Counted from the first letter of the stretch, positions 17,682-27,875 are shown. The stretch is 64,000 nt of DNA from a bacterium (GCA_023249975.1 JAHFBP010000004.1:4094-68093), one strand, 5' to 3'. Made by a program: numbers and translations. Notes: generated by a model not told the origin, from the sequence alone.

Positions 17682-18878
17682 TTAATAGCACAAATTGCAA
17701 GAATTTCTAAACCAAACAAGGTAATAGTTGCATTTTGGGGGGAGCGCATTGGTGATCATGTTTACTTGTGCAGATGACCATTCTTTTCCAAGAGAGAGCT
17801 GGCAGGAAAAAACTTCAAGATTCGGTAATTGGGCAAGTGCCTGGCAAAGTACATGATCAGCGCCAGGAATTTTTGCAATGTTTGCATTATCCATTATGAG
17901 AACTTTTAAGGTTTTAATTTTGCTCAAACAATCAAAAAAGTGTTTCAGTTCATCAAGTGTGCATTCTTCCAGTTCAATCGAGATGATCTCTAATTTTTCT
18001 AAACGGCGCATCTGTGCCAAACTGCTTGCAATTATATGTAAACGAGCAGGATCTTCTCCTAGTTTTGAACAGTTGAGGTCGAGCGTGGTGAGGTTTGAAT
18101 GTGCAAGCGCATTGCCTAATGATGCAATAAGCTCAGGGGATACAAAGCCTGCAGGCAAAAATGTTCTGGCAAGGTGAATTTTAAGGTCAGTTAGACTTTC
18201 CAGCATGTGAAAATTTTGGGCCAATGTTATGTAAAAATGGATATTTTCATGAATATGAGTGCCCGTAAGAACAAGCTTTTTCAGACCTTTGAGTGAGGTG
18301 ACGGCTTGGGCAAACCAGATATTGGAAAGTTTTTTCGAGGCATTTTGGCCAGAACTAAGGGCATATGACAAATCAAGTTCTTCAAGATTTTTAAATTGAG
18401 GCAAAAGTTTTGCTACCAGGAGTATTTTTTCAGGAGTTTCCTCAAGGGCACCAAGTTCAAAATTTAAAACTACCAGAGTTTCTGCGCAATGATCAGCTAA
18501 AGCTTGAAGAAGATTGCCAAAACCGTCATTATAAGCGATCGCAATCTGTGCGCTTTTGAGATGAGATAAGTTTGACACATGCTCCAAAAGATCCGCGGCA
18601 AGCATGCTTTTTAGCAATGGAGAGTAGCATCTGATTGCTTCAATTTGATCAAGTTGGCCGGCATCAACGGCTTGTTGTAATTCATCAGAATCAGATATCT
18701 TAAATAATTGAGTTATTGGATCACGTTTGAGGGGTAATGTAGGTCTTTGGGTTTTTGGCCCAGCGCACCATTTATTGGTGTTATAAAAATCAGCTGGCCA
18801 CATGTTTTTTCGGCTTGGCGCCATGTAGCTGACCACTGAAATGCTTAGGCACAAAAAGAGGGGAAAGAGCTTTTTCAT
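17682..18878 (-). CDS. secreted LRR protein (RNI-like), WPADFYN family
   Basis: Signal peptide MKKLFPLFLCLSISVV, then APSRKNMWPADFYN. Irregular LRRs (LEELDLSY, LKKLVLTG, LTTLDLNCSKLG, LEKLEIIS). Cap ITNALPPKCNY. Confidence 0.75.
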   Translation of the reverse strand: MKKLFPLFLCLSISVVSYMAPSRKNMWPADFYNTNKWCAGPKTQRPTLPLKRDPITQLFKISDSDELQQAVDAGQLDQIEAIRCYSPLLKSMLAADLLEHVSNLSHLKSAQIAIAYNDGFGNLLQALADHCAETLVVLNFELGALEETPEKILLVAKLLPQFKNLEELDLSYALSSGQNASKKLSNIWFAQAVTSLKGLKKLVLTGTHIHENIHFYITLAQNFHMLESLTDLKIHLARTFLPAGFVSPELIASLGNALAHSNLTTLDLNCSKLGEDPARLHIIASSLAQMRRLEKLEIISIELEECTLDELKHFFDCLSKIKTLKVLIMDNANIAKIPGADHVLCQALAQLPNLEVFSCQLSLGKEWSSAQVNMITNALPPKCNYYLVWFRNSCNLCY

Positions 18879-19017
18879 AATGCTTCTTTTGACTTAAAGA
18901 GCGTTTTCAGGAGGGCATTATAGCTATTTTGATTGAGATAAGCGAGCGCAAAAGCTTCAACTTCAGTACTAACTTTTTCAAGAACCAATTCATCTATTGC
19001 ATTTGCTCGATCATAAA

Positions 19018-20061
19018 TTACATTGCTATGCGTTTGCAGGAAAAAATCAGCATAATATGATGCTCAAATAGCTTGTTATGAAAGTAATCACCTGTTTTTA
19101 AAATTTTTAGGTATTCATCCTCGCTCACTATTAAATATCGAAGTGTTCCTATTTTTCCGAGGCGTACTACAAGAATCTGAAGTTCGTTTTTAGTCAAACG
19201 ATGTAAATCATTGCGACTGAGGTTAAGTTTTTCCAGGTGTGGCATATCAACCAGCCACGAAGCAACCCTGTTCAATAAATCTGGCCATATCCCTAAACGA
19301 GAATCGCTCAGGTCAAGTTTTACCACAGATGAGTTCTTTAGGCCCATCACCAATCCAAGGGCCAGCTCGGGATAAGGAGGCTCTATGCCAATTCTTAAAT
19401 CAACCAATTTTTTAAGAGAGGGGATACTTTTACTGATGGATTGGCAGATGATGAATCCATAACGATTTGTTAGGGTTATACCAATCTTTAAAATTCGCAG
19501 TTTTTGGAAGAAGGGGAGTGTTTCAAGAATTAGTTTGATTGATTCATGACAATGATCGGTATGAGAAAAATCTAATACATTAAATTCTTCGAGATTGATA
19601 AATTTCGGTAAAACATTGGCAAAAGCCTCGAGATTCCGCTGTGATATGCCCAATTTGCTACCCTCAAAATTAAGGCCGATCACCGTTTTTGAGCAGTGTT
19701 TGCCCAAGGCCTGAATTAAACATCCAAATTCAGGCTCAGATGCATATTTAAAATGGATTCTTTGCACATTTGTCAGGTAAGGAACATAGTCGATCCATTC
19801 TGCTGGGTGTGCATCAAAAGCTGCATCGTCTGAACCCAACTCGTAAATATTTTCGAGCATGCCATTTTCGGATGCCTTTTTAAGCTGTTTTAAGGTGTGG
19901 ATTGTGAGTTGTTTGGTAGATTTGTGCCGCGTTTTGGCAACCTGAACAGACCATTTGCCGACATTATAAAAATCAGCAGGCCACATGTTTTTCCGCTGAG
20001 GAGCGGCATAATTGGAAGTTGCTGCGGCAAGGCACAAAAACAGGGCAATGAGTTTTTTCAT
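19018..20061 (-). CDS. secreted LRR protein, tandem paralogue of 17682..18878
   Basis: MKKLIALFLCLAAATS, then APQRKNMWPADFYN, the same post-signal motif as its neighbour. LRR-like LEEFNVLDFSH, VKLDLSDSRLG and LEKLNLSRNDL. The Met at 20061 is preferred. Confidence 0.75.
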   Translation of the reverse strand: MKKLIALFLCLAAATSNYAAPQRKNMWPADFYNVGKWSVQVAKTRHKSTKQLTIHTLKQLKKASENGMLENIYELGSDDAAFDAHPAEWIDYVPYLTNVQRIHFKYASEPEFGCLIQALGKHCSKTVIGLNFEGSKLGISQRNLEAFANVLPKFINLEEFNVLDFSHTDHCHESIKLILETLPFFQKLRILKIGITLTNRYGFIICQSISKSIPSLKKLVDLRIGIEPPYPELALGLVMGLKNSSVVKLDLSDSRLGIWPDLLNRVASWLVDMPHLEKLNLSRNDLHRLTKNELQILVVRLGKIGTLRYLIVSEDEYLKILKTGDYFHNKLFEHHIMLIFSCKRIAM

Positions 20062-20143
20062 GGTCGACCTTTGGGGCGAAAAATGGCTCAATGAGGAGCA
20101 TGTTAGCTGTTTTAGGGCCTTAAATCTAGGATAAAAGTTGCAA

Positions 20144-20509
20144 ATGATAAGTTCTAAAAATCTTATCCGAGGCTCTGTTTGACTTGTTGATTTGGATCCA
20201 ACTATTGGGCATGAACAAGCTAAAAAACGTCCTTGTTTGGTAATAAGAGCTGATATCTATAATCAGGGGCAGAGGGGGTTTGCTGTTATTGTGCCCATCA
20301 CCTCGCGAGCTCGTGATCTTTATTGGCAGATTCCATTGGGTATTTCAGAAGGTGGACTGGATAAGTTGTCGTATATCATTTGCGATAAAGTAAGAAGTGT
20401 TTCTTTGCAACGATTTTCACCTAAATCTCTTGGATTTGTAAGTGATTTTACACTCGCACAAGTTGAAGAGCGGCTGAAGGTTTTGTTGTCTATTGTGCAG
20501 CAAGAGTAA
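20144..20509 (+). pseudogene. mazF: MazF/PemK-family toxin gene interrupted by in-frame TGA at 20180-20182; no antitoxin gene
   Basis: The frame from ATG 20144 reads MISSKNLIRGSV*LVDLDPTIGHEQAKKRPCLVI...VPITS...ICDKVRSVSLQRF. This is a canonical MazF N-terminus and core with a stop at codon 13. The track ORF restarts at TTG 20192. Confidence 0.7.
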
Positions 20510-20543
20510 AAAGAGAAAGATATAAGAAGACATTTATGCATGT

Positions 20544-21761
20544 CTATCTTTCGCTCATTGAGCAAAACGCTTCGACTTCACTTTTAACTTTTTCAAGAAC
20601 CAATTCATCAGTCATGTTTTTCAAAACCATCACAATCCAGTGCGCGACCAGGGGCATATCCCCAGGTTTTGTGCCACGGGTTGTGATGGCTGGTGTGCCA
20701 ATGCGAATTCCTGACGGATTGAGTGGTGAGGTGGTGTCGTGCGGGATCATGTTGGCGTTGACGATAATGCCAGCGCGTTCAAGAGCGACGGCGGCTTGTT
20801 TTCCATTTATGGATACTGGGCGTAAATCGATCGTAAAAAGATGATTGGTCGTTCCGTGGCTCACAATTGCATATCCAAGGTCAGCGAGCAACTGGCACAA
20901 AATTTGAGCGTTTTGAATAACAAGTTTTTGGTAGGCAATAAATTGTGGTTGTAGGGCTTCTTCAAATGCGACCGCTTTTGCCGCAATGACGTGCATCAGT
21001 GGGCCACCTTGAATGCCGGGCATAACGGCACGGTCGATTAAGTTCGCAAATTCTTTTTTGCACATAATCAGCCCGCCGCGCGGTCCACGCAAGGTTTTGT
21101 GGGTGGTGCTGGTGACAAAATGTGCATATGGCACAGGATTTGCGTGCAGGCCTGCTGCAATCAGTCCGGCAACATGTGCAATGTCGACCATCAAATACGC
21201 GCCGCATTGTTGCGCAATTTCTGCAAATTTTGGGTAGTCAATTGGTTGAGAATAGGCTGAAGCGCCGGCAATAATCAATTTGGGTTGATGTAAAAGCGCG
21301 AGCATTTGGACTTCGTCATAATCGATCAGGTGCGTTTTTGGATTAACATGGTAGGCAACGGAATTGAAGAATTTTCCCGAAAAGCTGATTTTTGCGCCAT
21401 GGGTCAGGTGTCCGCCTGACGCCAGTTCCATTCCCAGAATCGTGTCACCAGCATTGAGAACCGCCATGTAAACGGCCATATTGGCATTAGACCCTGAATG
21501 AGGCTGAACATTGACGTGCTCAGCCCCAAAGATTTGTTGTGCCAATTGCTGGGCATAACGTTCAATTTCATCAATAACCTGGCAGCCGCTGTAATACCGT
21601 TTGCCAGGATATCCTTCGGCGTATTTGTTGGTCAGCACTGATCCTTGGGCCTTACGGACCGCATCGCTTGCATAATTTTCAGATGCAATGAGGTTGAGCG
21701 TGGTGCGTTGCCGCACTTCCTCGCGTTCGATGAGGCTTAAGACTTTGGATGGGTGTGCCAA
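20544..21761 (-). CDS. glyA: serine hydroxymethyltransferase
   Basis: LIASENY and the PLP site [12 protein letters not shown]. Confidence 0.95.
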   Translation of the reverse strand: MAHPSKVLSLIEREEVRQRTTLNLIASENYASDAVRKAQGSVLTNKYAEGYPGKRYYSGCQVIDEIERYAQQLAQQIFGAEHVNVQPHSGSNANMAVYMAVLNAGDTILGMELASGGHLTHGAKISFSGKFFNSVAYHVNPKTHLIDYDEVQMLALLHQPKLIIAGASAYSQPIDYPKFAEIAQQCGAYLMVDIAHVAGLIAAGLHANPVPYAHFVTSTTHKTLRGPRGGLIMCKKEFANLIDRAVMPGIQGGPLMHVIAAKAVAFEEALQPQFIAYQKLVIQNAQILCQLLADLGYAIVSHGTTNHLFTIDLRPVSINGKQAAVALERAGIIVNANMIPHDTTSPLNPSGIRIGTPAITTRGTKPGDMPLVAHWIVMVLKNMTDELVLEKVKSEVEAFCSMSER

Positions 21762-21787
21762 ATTAATACTCCGCGTACAGTGCTCAC

Positions 21788-22918
21788 TTAAACGTTGAAT
21801 TTGATATTCAAAATGTCGCCGTTTTTAACCACATAGGTTTTGCCTTCTGTGCGCAATAAACCCAGAGTTCTGAGTTTTGCTTCGCTGCCTTGTGCAAAAA
21901 TATCTTCGCAGTTGTACACTTCAGCTGCAATAAATCCGCGTTCAAGATCGGAGTGAATCACGCCAGCAGCTTGGGGAACAAGAGTTCCTTGGGTAATGGT
22001 CCAAGCGTGAGCTTCCTTGGGTCCGCACGTGTAAAATGAAATCAGACCAAGGCGTTGATACGTGGTTTTAATTACAGAATCAAGTCCGCTTTGTTCAATG
22101 CCCAAGTCTTGCATGAATTCTTTGGCATCAGCTTCGTCCATGTGGGCAAGTTCAGATTCAATTTTTGCTGAAACAGGAACTACATTTTCTTCACCAAAAC
22201 GAGCAACTACCGCTTGATAGTGTTTGTTTTGCTTGTAGTTGGTTCCAGAGAAGTCCTCTTCGCTCAAATTTGCCACCACAAGGAAAGGTTTGCCGCTGAG
22301 CAATGGAATCAAAGGGGTATCTTCCTTTTTGGCTTGTGCGACAAGTTTGATGATGGCTTGATGGTCTCCCTTTTCAAGAAGAGGGATCAGTTGTCCGACC
22401 AGCTCTTGTTCTTTTTCAATTTTTTTAATTTCAAAAACGGAAGCTTGTTTGTTTTTGGCAGCTTTGAGCAAGGTAACAAAACGTTCATTACGCTTTTCCA
22501 AGCTTTCCAAGTCTTTGAGCATCAATTCAGTCAAAATATTTTCAAAGTCGTTCACAGGGTCAACGGCATTGTGTACGTGCAAAACATTGCCATCTTCAAA
22601 GCAACGCAACACATGGATGACCAAATCAACTTCCATGATGTGTGACAAGAATTGATTTCCCAAGCCTTCACCTTTGGAGGCACCTTTTACCAATCCTGCA
22701 ATATCCACAAAATTCATGGTGGCAGGGATTAATTTTTGAGATCCGTAAACAACCATAAGGCGGTCAAGTCGTTCATCAGGAACTTTGGCCATGGCGGTGC
22801 TGGGGTCCAGGGTACAGAATGGGAAGTTTTCTGCTGGGACTGATGATTTGGTAAGTGCATTGAATAGTGTTGATTTACCAACGTTTGGAAGCCCAACTAG
22901 GCCAGCTTGCAAAGCCAT
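21788..22918 (-). CDS. ychF: ribosome-binding ATPase YchF
   Basis: [18 protein letters not shown] and the C-terminal TGS-like [11 protein letters not shown]. Confidence 0.93.
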   Translation of the reverse strand: MALQAGLVGLPNVGKSTLFNALTKSSVPAENFPFCTLDPSTAMAKVPDERLDRLMVVYGSQKLIPATMNFVDIAGLVKGASKGEGLGNQFLSHIMEVDLVIHVLRCFEDGNVLHVHNAVDPVNDFENILTELMLKDLESLEKRNERFVTLLKAAKNKQASVFEIKKIEKEQELVGQLIPLLEKGDHQAIIKLVAQAKKEDTPLIPLLSGKPFLVVANLSEEDFSGTNYKQNKHYQAVVARFGEENVVPVSAKIESELAHMDEADAKEFMQDLGIEQSGLDSVIKTTYQRLGLISFYTCGPKEAHAWTITQGTLVPQAAGVIHSDLERGFIAAEVYNCEDIFAQGSEAKLRTLGLLRTEGKTYVVKNGDILNIKFNV

Positions 22919-23147
22919 GAATACCTCTTTAGTAAATACCCAATTAGGGTGAAATAATTCCTGTTAATTACGCATATTTACAAGTTTATAACCAATTGAG
23001 ATTTTTGGCCAGGACGGTTGATTTGCCGATTATTTTTATAAAAATGCTGATTTACTCATGAAAATATGGTCAAAGGGTTGTCACAATTGCGATGTAAGGC
23101 TATTCTAAGAGCTGGGACATCGAAAGATGTGCTTTTTGATATACAGG

Positions 23148-23221
23148 GGCGGCATAGCCAAGAGGCAAGGCAATGGTCTGCAAAACCGTGACCCCCGGTT
23201 CGAATCCGGGTGCCGCCTCCA
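23148..23221 (+). tRNA. tRNA-Cys(GCA)
   Basis: Cloverleaf folds by hand: acceptor GGCGGCA/TGCCGCC, anticodon loop CTGCAAA, T-arm CCCGG-TTCGAAT-CCGGG, U73, encoded CCA. Confidence 0.9.
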
Positions 23222-23258
23222 TTTTTCTTTAACATGCTTTATCATAAGTGTCAGTGAT

Positions 23259-23344
23259 GCCGGGGTGGTGGAATGGTAGACACAAGAGACTTAAAATCTC
23301 TCGGGCGTACGCCTGTACCGGTTCGAGTCCGGTCCTCGGCACCA
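23259..23344 (+). tRNA. tRNA-Leu(TAA)
   Basis: Anticodon stem AGAGA/TCTCT with loop CTTAAAA, long variable arm, T-arm ACCGG-TTCGAGT-CCGGT, encoded CCA. Confidence 0.9.
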
Positions 23345-23701
23345 GTCTTTGTTAAGCTTGATAAATTCAGCTTAACTATGCCTGGCGCAGCCAGCAAAGT
23401 GATTTCATAACGAAGACGGTCCAGCGAAGCATTTTTGCCAGGCCTGGACAATTTTTCTCTCTCGTATCCCCTTTGATAACTTTTTTCCTTAAGTTTTCAC
23501 ATATCAATTTTAGAAATCGCCTTTTATTTGTCCGAAAAAAGATCAATAGCAATCAGGATTTATGGTATGTCGTTGATCGAAAACTTGACAAAAATATCGC
23601 AATCAACAATCATCAGTGTGGCATAAGTCGATTGGGAGCCTACTATGAGTATGTAGTGGGTTTTTTTATAAATCCTTTTTATAACCAAGGAGTTGATTGT
23701 T

Positions 23702-23974
23702 ATGAACAAGGCAGAACTAGTAGAAATGATTTCAAAAGAAACCAAGATGCCAAAAGCTTCATGCAAAAATGCACTCGAAGCTTTCATCAAGGTCGTTGAA
23801 GGTTCATTGAAAAAGAACAAGCCAGTTGTATTGACTGGATTTGGAACTTTTGAAGTTATCAAACGCAAAGAGCGTATCGGTGTCAATCCTGCCACTGGTG
23901 AAAAGATGAAGATAGCTGCTAAAAAAGTTCCTAAATTCAAACCAGGCAAACAATTGAAAGATGTTGTTGCTTAA
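23702..23974 (+). CDS. hup: DNA-binding protein HU
   Basis: MNKAELVEMIS...GFGTFEVIKRKERIGVNPATGEKMKIAAKKVPKFKPGKQLK. SD AAGGAG lies upstream of ATG 23702. Confidence 0.92.
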   Translation: MNKAELVEMISKETKMPKASCKNALEAFIKVVEGSLKKNKPVVLTGFGTFEVIKRKERIGVNPATGEKMKIAAKKVPKFKPGKQLKDVVA

Positions 23975-23994
23975 GTTTGACTAAAGAATTCTTT

Positions 23995-24030
23995 AAAAAG
24001 GCAATCGCTGAAAAGTGGTTGCCTTTTTTT
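23995..24030. terminator. bidirectional rho-independent terminator between hup and rnpA
   Basis: AAAAAGGCAA-14 nt loop-TTGCCTTTTT is a 10-bp perfect stem flanked by A-run and T-run, between convergent genes. Confidence 0.75.
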
Positions 24031-24385
24031 ATTGTGTGATTTCTTGAGTTTGTCGCTTCCCAAAGGCTTTAATCAAAAAAGCTTTGGTGTCGTCAAATGA
24101 AAATTTTCGTGCCTCGGGATATACGAGGAGCGCAGATTCGCGCACATTGAGATACAGTTTTTCTTCATAAAAAACAGAGTGCACTCGGCGCTTGATGAGA
24201 TTGCGCACATGTGCAGGACCGACACGGCGAGGAATGATAATCAAAAGTTTCCCGTGATCGATGCCTGGTTGTGCGGTAGTAGAAATAATTTTGAGTCCCA
24301 GCCGACTGGCAAGAGGTCGAGCTTTTGCCAGAAGCTGACCTACTTCTTTGTGACTAAACCTGAAAAGGCTGCGAAAGTGTGACAC
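24029..24385 (-). CDS. rnpA: RNase P protein component
   Basis: Basic 118-aa protein with RRVGPAHVRNLIKRRV (RNR-type motif), 7 nt downstream of rpmH. GTG start. Confidence 0.85.
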   Translation of the reverse strand: MSHFRSLFRFSHKEVGQLLAKARPLASRLGLKIISTTAQPGIDHGKLLIIIPRRVGPAHVRNLIKRRVHSVFYEEKLYLNVRESALLVYPEARKFSFDDTKAFLIKAFGKRQTQEITQ

Positions 24386-24391
24386 AAAGCC

Positions 24392-24526
24392 CTAAGCTGT
24401 AAGGCGTTTGCGACCTTTAGCGCGACGTCGGTTAACAATTGCGCGGCCAGATTTTGTGCTCATACGGGCACGGAAACCCATTTTGCGTTTTCTTTTAAGT
24501 TTGCTTGGGCTGTACGTTATTGACAT
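24392..24526 (-). CDS. rpmH: 50S ribosomal protein L34
   Basis: Not in the ORF track because it is under 60 aa. The minus-strand translation is [44 protein letters not shown]. Confidence 0.93.
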   Translation of the reverse strand: MSITYSPSKLKRKRKMGFRARMSTKSGRAIVNRRRAKGRKRLTA

Positions 24527-24604
24527 AGTAACTCCACGAGGTGTCATAAATACAATGGTAAAAAATACTTTTCCATTTTACCTAAGGTTGTGAGTTCAGG
24601 CAAG

Positions 24605-25285
24605 CTAAATTTGTCGAAATTGTCTTTTCAGCGCAGGGCTTTTTAGCATAAATACACTATTGTTTTTATTCTCAGAGTCAATGTGACTGAAGGAAAAGTC
24701 GTTTTTTATCAAAAAATATTGGCATCTCACGTTATCTGGGGCAACTTCTGCAGTAATTTTGGCAATATTGGTAACTTCAAAAAATTCTCGAGTGGAAAGC
24801 TCAATGGTCTCTTTTGAGGCCCCTATTCCCTGGTGGCTTTTCTTTGCCCAGCCTGAAAGAAGGGGTCCTTTGGGTGATCCGCGTAGTTCAATTACACCTG
24901 AAAATGCACCAGTTTTAGTGTCAAAACCTGAGTAAATAAGCCAGCGGCGATAGCGTTGATTGAGCCATGCATGGCGTAAATAGGCCTCAATGTCCCGATT
25001 TTCACCACAGGATGTAGCAAAAAATTGGTCGGCAATGTCATACGAAAAAGCCTTTTTATAGTCGTTCCAATGACTGCGATCAAAGAGTTTTAGTGTGATA
25101 AATTTGCCCTTGATCTCTTTTTTCGGTTCTCGCAAAAAGGTGAGTGTTTCTGTGTTGTTGTGACGAGCATCAAGCCAATATCGTAATTCTTTGTCGGGCG
25201 CCGCCCATTTTTTTTGGGTCCAGACAAGGTTCAGGCTCAGGGCAAAAAGTCCAATGAGCCCCGCCAATTGATATATTTTTTTCAT
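24605..25285 (-). CDS. GNAT-family N-acetyltransferase-like protein with N-terminal signal/anchor
   Basis: VIELRGSPKGPLLSGWAKKSHQGIGASKETIELSTREFF...ITAEVAPDNVRCQYFLIKNDF resembles the RimJ/RimL-type GNAT core. Hydrophobic N-terminus. ATGA overlap with the tig-like gene. Confidence 0.5.
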   Translation of the reverse strand: MKKIYQLAGLIGLFALSLNLVWTQKKWAAPDKELRYWLDARHNNTETLTFLREPKKEIKGKFITLKLFDRSHWNDYKKAFSYDIADQFFATSCGENRDIEAYLRHAWLNQRYRRWLIYSGFDTKTGAFSGVIELRGSPKGPLLSGWAKKSHQGIGASKETIELSTREFFEVTNIAKITAEVAPDNVRCQYFLIKNDFSFSHIDSENKNNSVFMLKSPALKRQFRQI

Positions 25286-26607
25286 GCGCGTGAAAGAGTT
25301 GTGATGATAAAGTTTAATGTTTTTTCACGTAAAACCGCCATGTTGAGGATGCGTTCGGGTATGGGGTAGTTCAATTCATCAAAATTTTCAATTGCGGGCC
25401 TGAAATACACAAATTCGCGCAAGCGGTCATGATTGAACAGGTGCAGATACCCCTTCAGGTCGCTGTTTGTGATTTTGAGGTTTTCTTGTTGAGCAATGGA
25501 GTCGATCAGTGCTTCTTCGCGCAATTGTTTTTCGGCCAAGGTTTCAAGCTGCTTTTCAAACTTTTTGTGAGCTTTGTACACGCGATAGTCAGGTAATCGA
25601 CGCACGCTGGCCAGAAGGTCTTCTTGTTTGCGTAGGGTTAGATGGTGTGGAATTTCGAATCTTTGGCGAGATAGGAGTAGGTTGAAAATTTCTTCAATAA
25701 TCGATCTGCGCTGGGAAATGTCATTTCTGAATGAAAAAACTTCGATGAGCTTTTTGTGAACATCTACTTTGTTTTTGAGATTAAACATTGACTTGAAAAG
25801 TTCAACTGAAAAGTTTTCGCCTTTTGACTTAGAGATAATGGTGACCAAGTGCGTGCTGCGGTCGCTCAAAAATTCATCCAATCCATCGTTCAGTTGCAGT
25901 GATTTGATGGTAAATGAATCGCCTATTTTTTTTCCCGCAAAAGCTTGGCGGAAGGGGTCGCTGACATATTGGGTTGAAAATTTGAACCAATATCGATTGG
26001 TCAATCCGTCAAAAAGTGGGACCTTGTCATTGTTGACGAGCTTGATTTCAAGTTCAAGCCAGTCGCCTTCCCCAACCACTTCAAGTTGTTTTTTCTTGAA
26101 TAGTTCGCCTTCGCGATCAATAAAGACTTCAACTTGTTTGTCCAGGTCTTTGTACAGCTTTCTGCGCGGGGACTTGAAAGGGAAGTGTTGCCAGTTTTCT
26201 AATTTGGGTGACTCAATGGCCGATATTCGAAAATCGTACGATATGGCATCATCAGAGTGCGTAATGCTGGAAAGCCGTGGTGTGTGGACCACCAGTAATT
26301 TGTGTTTCCACAATTCTTGCATCAAAAAATCAAGAGCGAGATAGCGCAACCCAAATCGTTCGGCGCTTTGTGTAATGGAGCTTTCGTACCGGCTTTGGAT
26401 GAAATCCTGAGGAACCATTGAACTTTCAAGCCCATGAGGACGTGCATAGGTGCAATAGGCTTTGACAATGTGGCCTTTGATTTGTCCGGCCATTTGAGGG
26501 TGAATGATGACAAGCGCTTTGAATAAATTGGTCGAGATTCTCTCGACTTTGAGCTCTATTTTCTGAATTTCTTGATCAATTCCTGATCCAAGTTCGATAA
26601 CAGGCAT
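25282..26607 (-). CDS. tig: trigger factor-like chaperone (divergent)
   Basis: About 440 aa with trigger-factor architecture: an N-domain with ARPHGL..VP in place of GFRxGKxP, a central FAGKKIGDSFTI segment, and a C-terminal ...FEIPHHLTLRKQEDLL. SD GAAGGAG lies before ATG 26607. Confidence 0.6.
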   Translation of the reverse strand: MPVIELGSGIDQEIQKIELKVERISTNLFKALVIIHPQMAGQIKGHIVKAYCTYARPHGLESSMVPQDFIQSRYESSITQSAERFGLRYLALDFLMQELWKHKLLVVHTPRLSSITHSDDAISYDFRISAIESPKLENWQHFPFKSPRRKLYKDLDKQVEVFIDREGELFKKKQLEVVGEGDWLELEIKLVNNDKVPLFDGLTNRYWFKFSTQYVSDPFRQAFAGKKIGDSFTIKSLQLNDGLDEFLSDRSTHLVTIISKSKGENFSVELFKSMFNLKNKVDVHKKLIEVFSFRNDISQRRSIIEEIFNLLLSRQRFEIPHHLTLRKQEDLLASVRRLPDYRVYKAHKKFEKQLETLAEKQLREEALIDSIAQQENLKITNSDLKGYLHLFNHDRLREFVYFRPAIENFDELNYPIPERILNMAVLREKTLNFIITTLSRA

Positions 26608-26750
26608 GCGCTCTCCTTCGCTCCCCAAAGATTTTTAACGTGAGCATAATGTACTGTTGGGTTGCCAGGGGAGTCAAGTGTGTGTTGGAAGCTGCCTTTA
26701 ATACTATTGTTGATATAATCATATGTTTATGTTGGTGAATTTAGAGTGAA

Positions 26751-27407
26751 GTGAGATATGCGATGTTTGCGGTTATGGGAATAAAGTTTTTGATATGTAT
26801 GACATTTTGCACGATGGGTTCTGTTCCGCTTGTTGCAACACAGGGGGTTGAGGAACGAGCTCTTGAGCTTGTTTTGTTGCGTGGATTGGCTAAGTACAGT
26901 ATTGATGATGTGACATCGAAATTTGTGTGGCAATATGCCATTTTAGGACTAGATGTTGTTTTGGATAGATTTTTTCAAGAAAGTTTGCACAAGACATTAT
27001 TTTTTTTCCCAGAGGTTACTGAAGCGTCGCGTTTAAAAAACAGTCCAGAATATTATTGGTTTTGCGAGGCTGCTAAGTTTCGATTGCTTAATATACTTAA
27101 AATGCAATCTAATCCTAAGGAGTATGATGTCGATCAATTTCTGGAAACATTAGCCAAAAAAGTTGTTGATAGTGTCTATAATGCAGTATTGCTCAATTAT
27201 AGGGGTTCGATATGTGCAGATGTTGTATGGCTGATGGATCGTGAAAAGATTTTTTTGGTAGAAAAATGGAAGCCTATTGTTGCTCATATTATACGAGAAT
27301 TGTGTCAGGCTGGGATATTTTCTTATGAGGAACTTGGAGTTATGCGGCCGAGAGTATCGTTTTTTTCTGGGGGATATGTGCATCTGAATTTACCACCAAG
27401 AAATTAA
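26751..27407 (+). CDS. hypothetical protein with hydrophobic N-terminus
   Basis: 218-aa ORF with no recognisable motif. It abuts a tRNA gene. Confidence 0.55.
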   Translation: MRYAMFAVMGIKFLICMTFCTMGSVPLVATQGVEERALELVLLRGLAKYSIDDVTSKFVWQYAILGLDVVLDRFFQESLHKTLFFFPEVTEASRLKNSPEYYWFCEAAKFRLLNILKMQSNPKEYDVDQFLETLAKKVVDSVYNAVLLNYRGSICADVVWLMDREKIFLVEKWKPIVAHIIRELCQAGIFSYEELGVMRPRVSFFSGGYVHLNLPPRN

Positions 27408-27413
27408 ATTTTA

Positions 27414-27497
27414 TGGTGCAGGAGAAGGGACTCGAACCCTCACCTCGCAAGAGACTGGTTCCTAAGACCAGCGCGTCTACCATTCCGCCACCCCTGC
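27414..27497 (-). tRNA. tRNA-Leu(TAG)
   Basis: The reverse complement folds with anticodon stem CTGGT/ACCAG, loop CTTAGGA, a long variable arm, T-loop TTCGAGT and CCA. Confidence 0.9.
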
Positions 27498-27614
27498 ACA
27501 ATTTTGAATGATCCATTTTGGTAGGCTATTTCTAGCGATGTGGATCACAAAGATAATTTTAGGCTAATTTTAACAAGCTCACAAGGGCCAGCGTGTTTTA
27601 ACTGGCGCGAAGTA

Positions 27615-27690
27615 TGGTGGGTTGCCGGGGAATCGAACCCCGAACCTACAGATTAAGAGTCTGGCGCTCTGCCAATTGAGCTAGCAACCC
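27615..27690 (-). tRNA. tRNA-Lys(CTT)
   Basis: Reverse complement GGGTTGCTAGCTCAATTGGCAGAGC...CTCTTAA...GGTTCGATTCC...GCAACCCACCA. Confidence 0.9.
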
Positions 27691-27875
27691 TCATTAATTA
27701 AAAGGGTAGCAAGAATCAGGGGAAAATAAAGAAAAAAGAGTATTTTAATGATTTTTTTATTATGATACTGCCGCAATTGATCAAAATAATGATAAAGGCA
27801 TGAGTTATGAATATGCGAATTTTGGTAATTATGTCGCTTGGAATACTCAGTTTTGGGCCATCAAAAATTCAATCA

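Noticed and set aside
20180-20182. The in-frame TGA in mazF could mean TGA encodes Trp (genetic code 4) or is recoded.
   Set aside because: TGA clearly terminates well-conserved genes here at the expected lengths. Examples are sufS at 10321-10323 overlapping the sufU ATG, and the maf/ABC and tig-like/GNAT ATGA junctions. The aligned position in MazF is not a conserved Trp.
23251-23451. 66-aa minus-strand ORF.
   Set aside because: It overlaps tRNA-Leu(TAA) on the opposite strand and has no SD or recognisable motif, so it is spurious.
23378-23455. Possible SRP (4.5S) RNA: GCCTGGC...GCCAGGC closing stem with an internal GGTCCAGCGAAGCA resembling the domain IV GGUCC-GGAA-GGAAGCA.
   Set aside because: I could not fold a convincing helix 8. 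The tetraloop-closing pairs and the symmetric and asymmetric loops do not form, and the match is two nucleotides short. It needs a covariance-model scan (Rfam RF00169) before any call.
24392-24604. The rpmH-rnpA locus often marks the replication origin region.
   Set aside because: No dnaA or dnaN gene and no cluster of TTATCCACA-like boxes occur nearby. The only near-match noticed (TCATCCACA at ~32571) is isolated inside a repeat element.
27807-27875. The thyA ORF extends 23 codons upstream with a signal-peptide-like [23 protein letters not shown], suggesting an exported thymidylate synthase.
   Set aside because: The canonical ThyA N-terminus (MPNYLELL, compare E. coli MKQYLELM) starts at 27876. 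The extension is most simply a fortuitous open frame in AT-rich leader sequence.
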